From assembly GCA_035515355.1 (NCBI GenBank), contig DATJBL010000064.1, positions 2,269-66,268 of the forward strand: a DNA stretch of 64,000 bases, read 5' to 3'. Shown piece after piece: positions 41,104 through 50,029 of the stretch (position 1 is the stretch's first letter; every line of letters starts with the position of its first letter). A program made the translations under genes and the position numbers. This DNA is from Methylocella sp. (GTDB taxonomy: Bacteria > Pseudomonadota > Alphaproteobacteria > Rhizobiales > Beijerinckiaceae). Under the pieces are notes generated by a model. That model did no database searches and was not told the origin of the DNA. It worked only from the letters and a program-made list of their open reading frames with translations.

Positions 41104-42324
41104 TTAGCCTGTCCGGAAATGCTTTGACAGCTTAAGGCCCTGTCCCTGGTAGTTCGAGACGGCGCTCGCGCCATAAAGAAGGTGGGGGGCCTCGGCCATT
41201 TTCTCGTACACGAGGCGGCCGATGACCTGCCCGTCCTCCAGGAAAAACGGGACCTCGTAGCTACGCACTTCAAGGACCGCGCGGGCAGAAGGCCGGTTGT
41301 TCGGCCCGACGCCAAAGCCCGGATCGAAAAAACCGGCATAATGGACCCGGAATTCCCCCATGGCCGGGTCGATCGGGACCATTTCGGCGGCAAGATCCGG
41401 TGGGATTTGGAGTTTTTCTCGGGAGGCGAGGATGTAAAACTCGTCCGGGTCGAGGATCAGCCTTTTGTCGGGCCGGGCTCGAACAGGCTCCCAGTAATCG
41501 TAGGCCGGGTAGGCAGCAATCTTGTCTATGTCGATGATATCGGCATGCTTCTGCGCCCGATAGCCAACCACCCCATCAAGGGCCTCGGCACTCAGGCCAA
41601 CCCGAAGAACGAGACCGTTGCGCCGCCATTCAAAATCCCCATCGACCAGCGGCAGTATTTTATCCCGTTCGCGCAATTCCTTCTCATCGATGGGGAATTC
41701 GGTGCGTTCGAGCTGCTGCGAGTTCAGCCTACGGAAGCGGATCTGATTGAGTTTTGAGCCCTTGCGCACCCGAACACTGAAGGTGCGTGGCGAGACCTCG
41801 GCGTAAAGGCGCCCAGTGTAGCCTCGCGCCACGCGGTCGAACACATCGCAATTATCCGTGGAAAGCCGGGTGAAAACATCCAGGCGTCCGGTCGAACTCT
41901 TCGGGTTTGCAATGCCAGCAATATCTTTCGGCAGGTGCAAATATTCGAGGAGAGGCACCACATAGACGCACCCCCGTTCGAGAACGGCGCCATGACCCTC
42001 GAGGCTAACCGCGTCGTCATCGCTTTGGAGGGCGCGCAGCCGTTCTTCCACGGTATGGTCTCGGCCCGGCAGAAAACTCGCCCGGACGCGATAAGCGCGG
42101 GCGCCCAGACGCAGGTCGAGGCTCGCGGGCTGAAACTGCTCATCTTCGATTGTAGTTTCGGCCTGGATCATCTTGCGGCGCGCCATGAGCTCGATTTTTT
42201 CACGCGGGAGCAGGCCGAATTGCGTCCCAAAATCGTTCAGACCAAAAAGCGGGGTGTCTGAGCGGCTATCACGTCCCGCATCAGCGAAAAATAGAGGCGA
42301 TCCGAGCGTCATGCCAGCCTTCAA
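41104..42324 (-). CDS. 2'-deoxycytidine 5'-triphosphate deaminase-like protein (duplicated DCD-fold type common in alphaproteobacteria)
   Basis: ~400-aa protein. Segments such as QPASLDLRLG ... and ... FRVHYAGFFDPGFG resemble the long dCTP-deaminase family. Start uncertain (42324 or 42312). Confidence 0.7.
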   Translation of the reverse strand: MKAGMTLGSPLFFADAGRDSRSDTPLFGLNDFGTQFGLLPREKIELMARRKMIQAETTIEDEQFQPASLDLRLGARAYRVRASFLPGRDHTVEERLRALQSDDDAVSLEGHGAVLERGCVYVVPLLEYLHLPKDIAGIANPKSSTGRLDVFTRLSTDNCDVFDRVARGYTGRLYAEVSPRTFSVRVRKGSKLNQIRFRRLNSQQLERTEFPIDEKELRERDKILPLVDGDFEWRRNGLVLRVGLSAEALDGVVGYRAQKHADIIDIDKIAAYPAYDYWEPVRARPDKRLILDPDEFYILASREKLQIPPDLAAEMVPIDPAMGEFRVHYAGFFDPGFGVGPNNRPSARAVLEVRSYEVPFFLEDGQVIGRLVYEKMAEAPHLLYGASAVSNYQGQGLKLSKHFRTG

Positions 42325-42527
42325 ATTCTCTGTTCAAAAGGCACTTCAACAGGGTGCCTGATGAGATCAAACAGCGGCCCCGCTGATTCCCCCATATTCC
42401 CCATTATCTGTCCACCGCCTTGAGATATTTTACATCAAGGGGTAAATAGCCGATAGCTCTGGAAGGGCCAAGGGCCGCAGGGTTCACGGCAAGGCGATCC
42501 TTTCCGGTGGCGGCCAAGGAGATCGGA

Positions 42528-43754
42528 ATGAACGCGCGCGGGCAAAAACGAGAATTAAAAGCCCTGCATCCAGCGACCCAGCTCGTTCACGGCGGCACCA
42601 ATCGCTCGCAGTTCGGCGAAATCTCCGAGGCGCTGTTCCTGACTCAGGCCTATGCCTATCCGGACATGGAAACGGCCGAAGCGCGGATGAAAGGCGCGGA
42701 GCCAGGTTTTGTCTATTCGCGCTATTCTAACCCGACCGTTGCCATGTTCGAGGAGCGGATGGCCCTGCTTGAAGGGGCAGATGCGGCTCGCGCGACGGCG
42801 AGCGGGATGGCGGCGGTCACGACCGCGCTCATGGCACAGCTCAAGGCGGGTGACCACGTTGTGGCCTCCCGAGCCATGTTCGGCGCCTGTCTCTACGTGG
42901 TGGAGGAGCTGTTGCCGCGCTTTGGCGTCGCCTCGACCCTTGTCGATGGCGCCGATCTTGACCAGTGGCAAGCCGCGATGCGGCCGGAAACCAAGGTCCT
43001 GTTTCTCGAAACCCCGACCAATCCTTGTCTAGAAGTCTATGATATCGCTGCAATTTCTGCCATTGCGCATGAAAATGGCGCTCGTCTGGTCGTCGACAAT
43101 GTCTTTGCGACGCCGATTTTTCAAAAGCCGCTGCAGCTCGGGGCCGATTGCGTCGTCTACTCGGCGACCAAGCATATCGACGGGCACGGCCGATGTCTTG
43201 GTGGCATTATTCTTGGCGGCCGCGACCTCATCGAAAATGAGATCCACAATTTTTATAAACAGACCGGCCCTTGCCTGTCGCCCGTGAATGCCTGGATTTT
43301 CCTGAAATCACTCGAAACCCTTGCCTTGCGCGTCCGCCAGCAGGCGCAGAACGCCGAGCGGATCGCGGAATTTCTGAGCGGTCACCGGCACATTCTTAAG
43401 GTTCGCTACCCGGGTCGGCCGGATCATCCGCAGGCTGATCTTGTGAAGCGCCAGATGTCGGGCGGCGGAACCCTCGTTGCTTTTGAAGTCGTTGGCGGAA
43501 AGCAGGCGGCCTTTGCTTTTGCCAATCAGCTTTCCCTTATCACCATCGCAAATAATCTCGGCGATGCCAAAAGCCTTATCACGCATCCCGCAACAACAAC
43601 GCATCAAAGGCTGACGCCCGAGGCGCGGGCCGCCTTGGGCGTGGGGGAGGGGCTTTTGCGCCTCTCAGCTGGGCTTGAGGATGCGGCCGATCTCATCGCA
43701 GATTTGGAGGCGGCGCTTGCGATCCTTGATCGCGAAAATCTCGCTGCGGAGTGA
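42528..43754 (+). CDS. metZ: O-succinylhomoserine sulfhydrylase
   Basis: Cys/Met-metabolism PLP enzyme with the PLP-lysine motif YSATKHIDGHG. The N-terminus (TQLVHGG ... SEALFLTQAY ... FVYSRYSNPT) is MetZ-like. SD AAGGAG lies 6 nt before ATG 42528. Confidence 0.85.
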   Translation: MNARGQKRELKALHPATQLVHGGTNRSQFGEISEALFLTQAYAYPDMETAEARMKGAEPGFVYSRYSNPTVAMFEERMALLEGADAARATASGMAAVTTALMAQLKAGDHVVASRAMFGACLYVVEELLPRFGVASTLVDGADLDQWQAAMRPETKVLFLETPTNPCLEVYDIAAISAIAHENGARLVVDNVFATPIFQKPLQLGADCVVYSATKHIDGHGRCLGGIILGGRDLIENEIHNFYKQTGPCLSPVNAWIFLKSLETLALRVRQQAQNAERIAEFLSGHRHILKVRYPGRPDHPQADLVKRQMSGGGTLVAFEVVGGKQAAFAFANQLSLITIANNLGDAKSLITHPATTTHQRLTPEARAALGVGEGLLRLSAGLEDAADLIADLEAALAILDRENLAAE

Positions 43755-43847
43755 GGCGTGCGCCAGGCGGCGTGGCTTGACGCGGACCTCATGTCTTCTT
43801 ACCTTGCCCGTTAACAAGCGGAGCCCCGCTCCCAAGTCTCATGAGAG

Positions 43848-44174
43848 ATGGCCATGTCCACCGTTAAAGTCACGGATGCCAATTTCAAATCCGAAGTCGT
43901 CGGCGCGAGTCAGCCAGTCGTGGTGGATTTCTGGGCCGAATGGTGCGGTCCCTGCAAGATGATCGGACCAGCGCTTGAGGAAATCGCCAAGGAAATGCAG
44001 GGCCAGGTGACGATTGCTAAGCTTAATGTTGATGAGAACCCCGGCGTTGCCGGAGCCTACGGGATTCGCAGCATACCCACCCTGATGCTTTTCAAAAATG
44101 GCAAGATGGCGTCGACCAAGGTTGGTGCCGCGCCGAAGGGCGAGTTGAAAAAATGGATCACTGAGGCTATCTGA
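43848..44174 (+). CDS. trxA: thioredoxin
   Basis: WCGPC active site in a 108-aa canonical TrxA sequence. Confidence 0.95.
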   Translation: MAMSTVKVTDANFKSEVVGASQPVVVDFWAEWCGPCKMIGPALEEIAKEMQGQVTIAKLNVDENPGVAGAYGIRSIPTLMLFKNGKMASTKVGAAPKGELKKWITEAI

Positions 44175-44194
44175 CCGCTGGACGCGCTGGTCGA

Positions 44195-44223
44195 AAAAGG
44201 GCCTCACGCGAGGCCCTTTTTGC
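44195..44223 (+). terminator. rho-independent terminator after trxA
   Basis: aaaaaGGGCCTCacgcGAGGCCCtttttg: 7-bp GC stem flanked by an A-tract and a T-tract (could act in both directions). Confidence 0.75.
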
Positions 44224-44377
44224 TTTAAAAGGCCCCTTGACGTGTAAGCGTCATTCCGAGTCGGCTCCGGCATGAACGGCGGCCCGTTTGATCTTTTCGC
44301 AACCATCACGTGGATAAGCCGTGCGTCGCGTCGCGGCTTTTAGCGTGCAATTCTAGCCGTTGGATAAGGGCGGCCGC

Positions 44378-45013
44378 ATGGGCAAATATGCGGTGAAGGA
44401 GATCTTCCTCACTTTGCAGGGCGAGGGCGCGAACGCGGGGCGCGCTGCCGTATTTTGCCGCTTTTCCGGTTGCAATTTGTGGTCTGGCCAGGAAAAGGAT
44501 CGGGGCGAGGCCATCTGCCGCTTTTGCGATACTGATTTTGTCGGTGCGGACGGTCTTAACGGCGGGCGCTTTGCCAGCGCTGAGGCTCTTGCTCGGAAGA
44601 TAGAGGGCGCTTGGACGGGCGGCGAAACGAGCCGCTTTGTGGTTTTCACCGGCGGCGAACCTTTGTTGCAGCTCGATACGGCGCTCATCCATGCGGTCCA
44701 CGCGCGGGGTTTCGAGATTGCGGTGGAAACCAATGGAACGCTGGCGCCACCGCCCGGCCTTGACTGGCTTTGCGTCAGTCCGAAGGCGGGCGCGCCACTC
44801 TTTGCGAATGCGGGATCCGAGCTCAAGCTCGTTTTCCCGCAACAAGGTCTGCCGCCGGAGGTCTTATCCGCGCTTTCCTTTTCGTATTTCTGGTTGCAAC
44901 CGATGGATGGCCCTGATCGCGCTGCCAATACGGCCGCGGCGATTGCTTATTGCCGTGCACACCCGCGCTGGCGTTTAAGCCTGCAAACCCATAAGTTGAT
45001 CGGTATCCCATGA
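44378..45013 (+). CDS. queE: 7-carboxy-7-deazaguanine synthase (radical SAM)
   Basis: MGKYAVKEIFLTLQGEGANAGRAAVFCRFSGCNLW ... CRFCDTDF. QueE family of the long proteobacterial type. Confidence 0.9.
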   Translation: MGKYAVKEIFLTLQGEGANAGRAAVFCRFSGCNLWSGQEKDRGEAICRFCDTDFVGADGLNGGRFASAEALARKIEGAWTGGETSRFVVFTGGEPLLQLDTALIHAVHARGFEIAVETNGTLAPPPGLDWLCVSPKAGAPLFANAGSELKLVFPQQGLPPEVLSALSFSYFWLQPMDGPDRAANTAAAIAYCRAHPRWRLSLQTHKLIGIP

Positions 45014-45023
45014 AGGTATGTGT

Positions 45024-45380
45024 GTGAAGATTTCGCAGGCTTTCCATTTCGAGGCGGCCCACCTTCTGCCGAATGTTGCCGAAGAGCACCGCTGCCGGCG
45101 GCTGCATGGGCACTCCTATCGCGTTGAATTGCGGCTTGAGGGTCCAGTGGATCCCCTCACCGGCTTTGTCGCCGATTTCCTCGTGATCGAGAAAGCTTTC
45201 CAGCCTTTGCTCGATCGCCTCGACCATCATTATTTGAACGACGTCGAGGGCCTTGAGAATCCGACGGCGGAAAATATTGCGATCTGGATCTGGGAGCGGA
45301 CGAAGAAAGCGCTCCCCCAACTTGCGAGCGTTATCGTGTTCGAAACCCAAGATTGCTTCGCGGAATTCGAAGGAGACTGA
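45024..45380 (+). CDS. queD: 6-carboxy-5,6,7,8-tetrahydropterin synthase
   Basis: (M)KISQAFHFEAAHLLP ... CRRLHGHSY, the QueD/PTPS signature. GTG 45024 has better SD spacing than ATG 45018. Confidence 0.9.
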   Translation: MKISQAFHFEAAHLLPNVAEEHRCRRLHGHSYRVELRLEGPVDPLTGFVADFLVIEKAFQPLLDRLDHHYLNDVEGLENPTAENIAIWIWERTKKALPQLASVIVFETQDCFAEFEGD

Positions 45381-45479
45381 GTACGGGGCCCTGCCGGTGC
45401 GTGCCTTTGTCGCTCTCCTGACACCTCCTTCGGTGTATAGCTGGGCTGGCAAACCGGAAGGAACCATCGGGAGGAGACC

Positions 45480-46667
45480 ATGGTTACGACTCATCGCCCA
45501 CGACACCACCAGGCGAGTGGTGCTGGCCGATTTCGTCCGCAATTGGATCCACCGCGCTTCACGCAGGCACCAACCCATTCTGGGCGGCCATATCAGGATT
45601 TTCCTCTCGGACCTGGTGCTGCGCCCTACCGCGTGAAATTGGAGGACCTCGTCAGCCATCTGCCGGATGGTCTAGACCAGAAGATGGTTTTTCATATTTG
45701 CGGCGATACAGGCGGGGTGAGAAATCCGGCGCCGCAACAACTCGTGGCCTCGGCGATGGAAGCCGACGCTGCGGACAACACCTCGGGTGGTGAGGCAGCC
45801 TTTTTCTACCATCTCGGCGACGTCGTATATTACAACGGCGAAACGAGCGAATATTACCCGCAGTTCTATTTGCCCTACGAATATTATCCTCTCCCCATCA
45901 TGGGCATTCCAGGCAATCACGACGGTGACCCACTGACGACACCTGATATGCCGCAGCCCTTCGAGCCTAGTCTCTCGGCCTGGAAACGGAACTTTTGTTC
46001 GGACAGCGGCGGCGTCACCAATGAGGCAGGAGAAACTCCGCGCCGCGCCATGAAGCAGCCAAATCCATTCTGGACCTTGCAAACCCCGAAGGCGAATTTC
46101 ATCGGCCTCTACACCAATGTGCCGGAAGGCGGTGTCGTGGACGATAATCAGAAGTCGTGGCTCATTAGCGAGCTCAAACATGCTGCGCACGAACACGGCA
46201 AGGCGTTGTTCGTATGCTTGCATCATCCCGTGTTTTCCGCCGATGCGCATTACAGCGGCAGCCCTGCGATGAAGGAACTCCTAGACACAGCGGTGCAGGA
46301 AAGCGGCGCCTATCCAGATATCGTCTTTACCGCCCATGTGCACAACTATCAGCGCTTTACCCGCACGATCGACGGACAGCAATTCACCTATATTGTTGCT
46401 GGCGCCGGCGGCTATTGGCATTTGCACAGCATGGCCAAATTCAAGGGCGCGAAGGTCACGCCCCCGTTTCGGCAGCTGGACGATCCCAATGTCATCTTGG
46501 AAAACTACGTGGATGACACGCACGGGTTCATGCGGGTCGAAATCGAGGACGATGTGATCACCGCCCGTTATTTCGCAGTTCCGCGTCCGCACGAACCTCC
46601 GGAAACGCCGCCACGCGTCGCCGATTTGTTTCAGCTGCAGTTCAAGTCCAACAAACTCGTGCGCTGA
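45480..46667 (+). CDS. metallophosphoesterase family protein (calcineurin-like / purple-acid-phosphatase-like)
   Basis: SD GGGAGGAG precedes ATG 45480. Motifs GDTGG, GDVVY, GNHD, HHP and AHVHNY. Confidence 0.8.
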   Translation: MVTTHRPRHHQASGAGRFRPQLDPPRFTQAPTHSGRPYQDFPLGPGAAPYRVKLEDLVSHLPDGLDQKMVFHICGDTGGVRNPAPQQLVASAMEADAADNTSGGEAAFFYHLGDVVYYNGETSEYYPQFYLPYEYYPLPIMGIPGNHDGDPLTTPDMPQPFEPSLSAWKRNFCSDSGGVTNEAGETPRRAMKQPNPFWTLQTPKANFIGLYTNVPEGGVVDDNQKSWLISELKHAAHEHGKALFVCLHHPVFSADAHYSGSPAMKELLDTAVQESGAYPDIVFTAHVHNYQRFTRTIDGQQFTYIVAGAGGYWHLHSMAKFKGAKVTPPFRQLDDPNVILENYVDDTHGFMRVEIEDDVITARYFAVPRPHEPPETPPRVADLFQLQFKSNKLVR

Positions 46668-46677
46668 AGAGCGAGGT

Positions 46678-46812
46678 CTAAGCGGTGGAGCGGCTCGGCG
46701 TTGTGTCGGCCGTTTGGTCTGCGCTCTCTTCTTGGGCTTCGAGCCACATTGCGTTGATGATTGAGAATGAGATGGCGAAACTTACTCCGAGCATCCAAGA
46801 AAAATACCACAT
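46678..46812 (-). CDS. cydX: cytochrome bd oxidase small subunit CydX
   Basis: 44-aa ORF not in the track (below its size cut-off): MWYFSWMLGVSFAISFSIINAMWLEAQEESADQTADTTPSRSTA. The MWYFxW start and single TM helix are typical of CydX. It starts 18 nt downstream of the cydB stop. Confidence 0.8.
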   Translation of the reverse strand: MWYFSWMLGVSFAISFSIINAMWLEAQEESADQTADTTPSRSTA

Positions 46813-46830
46813 GGAACGATCCTCTGCTGG

Positions 46831-47973
46831 CTAGTAAACGCCCGAACTGTTTTTTTCGATATAGGCGCTTGTGACGCGGCCGCGCAGCACCCGGTAGACA
46901 AACGAGGTATACGCCAAAACAATCGGCAAAAAGACCAGCGTCGCAAAGAGCATGATCAGCAACGTTGTCCGGCTGGAGGAGGTGTCCCAAACGGTGAGGC
47001 TTGCATTGGGGTCGAGTGAGGACGGCAGCAGGAAGGGAAAAGTGCTAAGGCCTGCCGTGGCGACGACGCCGGCAACGGCGGCGGCGCTCGCAATCCATGC
47101 AAGACCAGCTCGCTTTCCTCCCCGCACAAGGGCGCTCGTCAATGCGGCTGCTACGAAAACCAAAGCCGGCGCTAACAGCATCAATGGGTAGGCCGTATAG
47201 TTCGACAGCAAGGCTCCTGGGGCCCGGGTCACCGTCTTCAGCAAGGGATTGGATGGTCCATCATGTACAAGATCACTTGTGATCTTGTAGCCATCCACGC
47301 CGATGGCCGCATAGACCCCGCAAAGAGCGAAAAGCGCTAGCAGGACAAGGACGGCGCCTCTCGCACAGGCCGCCGCGCGCGCCGCCACCGGCTGGTCGGC
47401 TTTAAGCGCGAGATAGACGCCGCCATGCATGACAAGCATCGCGCAACTTACGGCGCCGCAAAGAAGTGCGAAAGGATTGAGAAGGCCGAGCAGGTCCCCC
47501 TCGTAGGTCATGCGCAACGTGTCGTCGAAGCGGAAAGGGACACCTTGCAACGCGTTGCCGACAGCAACGCCAAAAATCAAGGCGGGAACGGCGCCGCTGA
47601 CAAAGAAGGCAAAGTCCCAAAATCCCCGCCAAAGCGAATTCTCGAGGTCTGAGCGAAACTTGAAGCTCACGGGGCGCAAGATCAAGGCCGCGAGTGCAAC
47701 GAACATCGCAAGGTAAAAGCCAGAGAAGGCAACCGCATAGAGCGTCGGCCAAGCCGCGAAGATGGCGCCGGCGCCAAGGATCAGCCAGACTTGGTTTCCT
47801 TCCCAGACCGGACCAACCGTGTTGATAACGATCCGGCGCTCACTGTCAGATCGCGCGACAAAGGGCAACAGCATAGCGGCGCCGAGGTCAAAACCATCCA
47901 TGACCGCAAAACCGATCAGGAGGGTGCCGAGCAGAAGCCACCAAATGAGGCGCAAGGATTCATAGTCCAGCAT
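46831..47973 (-). CDS. cydB: cytochrome bd ubiquinol oxidase subunit II
   Basis: MLDYESLRLIWWLLLGTLLIGFAVMDGFDLG ..., the canonical CydB N-terminus. 380 aa. Confidence 0.95.
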   Translation of the reverse strand: MLDYESLRLIWWLLLGTLLIGFAVMDGFDLGAAMLLPFVARSDSERRIVINTVGPVWEGNQVWLILGAGAIFAAWPTLYAVAFSGFYLAMFVALAALILRPVSFKFRSDLENSLWRGFWDFAFFVSGAVPALIFGVAVGNALQGVPFRFDDTLRMTYEGDLLGLLNPFALLCGAVSCAMLVMHGGVYLALKADQPVAARAAACARGAVLVLLALFALCGVYAAIGVDGYKITSDLVHDGPSNPLLKTVTRAPGALLSNYTAYPLMLLAPALVFVAAALTSALVRGGKRAGLAWIASAAAVAGVVATAGLSTFPFLLPSSLDPNASLTVWDTSSSRTTLLIMLFATLVFLPIVLAYTSFVYRVLRGRVTSAYIEKNSSGVY

Positions 47974-47991
47974 GACAAGCTCCTCTAAATC

Positions 47992-49563
47992 CTATTCTGC
48001 GCTGCTCGGGGACGGCAGTGGCTCTGCGCCTGGTACGGGTGCGAGTTCCTCTGGTCCGAGCCGCACGGCTTTGACCATGAGAAAGATGTCGACAAGGAGC
48101 AAGGCCGAGTAAAAGCCGATGAAGCCGATAAGGGTGACGACGACGTTGTCCGCGGAGATGCTCGAAACCGCGATGAAGGTTGGCAAGACGCCCTCGATCG
48201 CCCATGGTTGGCGCCCAACCTCCGCGACGAACCATCCTGCCTCAGCGGCGATCCAGGGAAGCGGCAAAGTGAAGACCAGCACCCAAAGCAGCCAACGCGT
48301 CTTCATGAGGCATCCAATTGATGCAAGATAAAAGGCAAGGCCGAACAACAAGATAAAGTAGAAGCCAAGTCCGACCATGAGGCGGAACGTCCAAAAGAGT
48401 GCCGCGACATCGGGGACGGTTCCCCAGGCTGCCTTGGTGATATCCGTATCGCTCGCATTTTCGATGTCGGGACGGATTTTCTTGAGAAGGAGAGCATAGC
48501 CGAGATCGCCGGCATTTTTCTCAAGCTGGCCCTTGGCCGTTGCATCGCCGGAAGCGGTGCGCAGCTTTTGAAGCGCGGAATATGCGATAAGGCCGTTGCG
48601 AATATGCTGCTCGTTGCGCTGAACGAGTTCCTTGATGCCTGGCACCTTTTCGTCGAGCGAATGAGTCGTGACAAGGCCAAGCACCCAGGGGATCTCTACG
48701 GCATAATCGGTCCGCTCCTCAGTGAGGTTGGGGAACCCGAAAAGCGTGAACGATGCAGGCGGCGCCTCGGTCTCCCACATCGCCTCGATCGCAGCGATTT
48801 TCATCCTTTGGTTTATAGTCGCCGTATATCCGCTGGCGTCTCCGAGCACGACGACGGAAAGGGCCGACGCAACGCCAAAGCTCACGGCCACTCTCATCGA
48901 ACGGCGGGCGATTTCGATGTGCTTGCCGCTAAGGAGATAAATGGCGCTCACCGCGGCAACGAAAACGGCGCCGGTCACATAGCCGGCACTCACCGTGTGG
49001 ACAAATTTTTCCTGCGCGACCTCATTGAATATGATCGATCCGAAATTGGTGACTTCCATACGCATTGTTTCTGCGTTGAAATGCGCACCGACAGGATGTT
49101 GCATCCAGCCATTTGCGATCAGAATCCAGAGCGCCGAAAGATTGGCGCCGATTGCGACGAGCCAGGTTACAAGCAGATGGGCCCGCTTTGAGAGGCGGTC
49201 CCAGCCAAAGAAGAAGAGGCCAACGAAGGTGGCTTCAAGAAAAAAAGCCATCAGACCCTCGATGGCGAGAGGCGCGCCAAAGATATCGCCGACGTAGTGG
49301 CTGTAGTAGGCCCAGTTCATGCCGAACTGGAATTCCATGGTGATGCCGGTGGCGACACCCATGGCGAAGTTGATGCCAAAGAGGACGCCCCAGAACTTCG
49401 TCGCTTGCCGCCAGACCTCCTTTCCGGTCATGACATAGACGCTTTCCATGATGCCGAGCAAAATCGAAAGGCCGAGCGTCAAGGGAACGAAGAGGAAATG
49501 ATACATGGCGGTCAGGCCGAATTGCAGCCTGGAGAGCTGCACAACATCCATGGCGGTGGTCAT
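47992..49563 (-). CDS. cydA: cytochrome bd ubiquinol oxidase subunit I
   Basis: LSRLQFGLTAMYHFLFVPLTLGL ... and GWFVAEVGRQPW motifs. 523 aa. Confidence 0.95.
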   Translation of the reverse strand: MTTAMDVVQLSRLQFGLTAMYHFLFVPLTLGLSILLGIMESVYVMTGKEVWRQATKFWGVLFGINFAMGVATGITMEFQFGMNWAYYSHYVGDIFGAPLAIEGLMAFFLEATFVGLFFFGWDRLSKRAHLLVTWLVAIGANLSALWILIANGWMQHPVGAHFNAETMRMEVTNFGSIIFNEVAQEKFVHTVSAGYVTGAVFVAAVSAIYLLSGKHIEIARRSMRVAVSFGVASALSVVVLGDASGYTATINQRMKIAAIEAMWETEAPPASFTLFGFPNLTEERTDYAVEIPWVLGLVTTHSLDEKVPGIKELVQRNEQHIRNGLIAYSALQKLRTASGDATAKGQLEKNAGDLGYALLLKKIRPDIENASDTDITKAAWGTVPDVAALFWTFRLMVGLGFYFILLFGLAFYLASIGCLMKTRWLLWVLVFTLPLPWIAAEAGWFVAEVGRQPWAIEGVLPTFIAVSSISADNVVVTLIGFIGFYSALLLVDIFLMVKAVRLGPEELAPVPGAEPLPSPSSAE

Positions 49564-49745
49564 GGGAGAACATTCCTTGGCTGCGGGTTGACCGATAGGG
49601 TGCCGATCAGACGTTCCTGCATTGTTGCCGCGTCGATCCTCGGTCGCTGACCTGGGTTGAACACGAACAGGGCAGCGGCCACGATAAGGGCCAGCTTGAC
49701 CGCCAAGGCAAAAGTAACTTCCGGGACAAGCGGATGGCGCGACAT
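49560..49745 (-). CDS. cydP: putative cytochrome oxidase small subunit CydP
   Basis: 61-aa single-TM peptide (MSRHPLVPEVTFALAVKLALIVAAALFVFNPGQRPRIDAATMQERL ...). Its stop overlaps the cydA start (ATGA). It resembles the CydP family annotated upstream of cydA in proteobacteria. ATG 49745 lies inside the listed 49560..49850 ORF. Confidence 0.55.
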   Translation of the reverse strand: MSRHPLVPEVTFALAVKLALIVAAALFVFNPGQRPRIDAATMQERLIGTLSVNPQPRNVLP

Positions 49746-49779
49746 GCTTAGCCCTCTATTGTATTGGAGCCGCCCAAAT

Positions 49780-49793
49780 TTGATACGGATCAG
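49780..49793. promoter_or_regulatory. FNR/FixK/Anr-type box (TTGAT-N4-ATCAg)
   Basis: TTGATacggATCAG matches 9 of 10 positions of TTGAT-N4-ATCAA. It lies in the divergent cyd / aldehyde-dehydrogenase intergenic region, 35-48 nt upstream of cydP. Confidence 0.4.
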
Positions 49794-50029
49794 TTCATGG
49801 CTTCTAAATGTCGACAACACATGACAGCGCCGAAGACGAATGAACGTCAAGATGGCAATTTTTCCACTTCAGCTTTACCCGGCGCCCAGGGGTGAAGCCT
49901 GCGGCCGGTCTCAACCCCTTCAGATGCGAGAAGTCTATTCTCAAGAACCGGTGGAGCGCTACATCTAGATTGGATAGAAAGAAAGCCGGGCGTCGCCGGA
50001 GAGCAGGCGCTGAGATTAGGGAGGCAAAC

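Noticed and set aside
42345-42380. CUGAUGAG string (ggtgcCTGATGAGatcaaacagcgg) suggestive of a hammerhead ribozyme core
   Set aside because: No matching GAAA box and no three-helix junction could be drawn around it. It is most likely a chance occurrence in the dcd/metZ intergenic region.
42325-42527. Expected a SAM-II/SAM-V-type riboswitch upstream of metZ
   Set aside because: I could not find the conserved AAAGCU/pseudoknot elements by eye. A cmsearch with RF00521/RF01826 would settle it, and I make no call without that.
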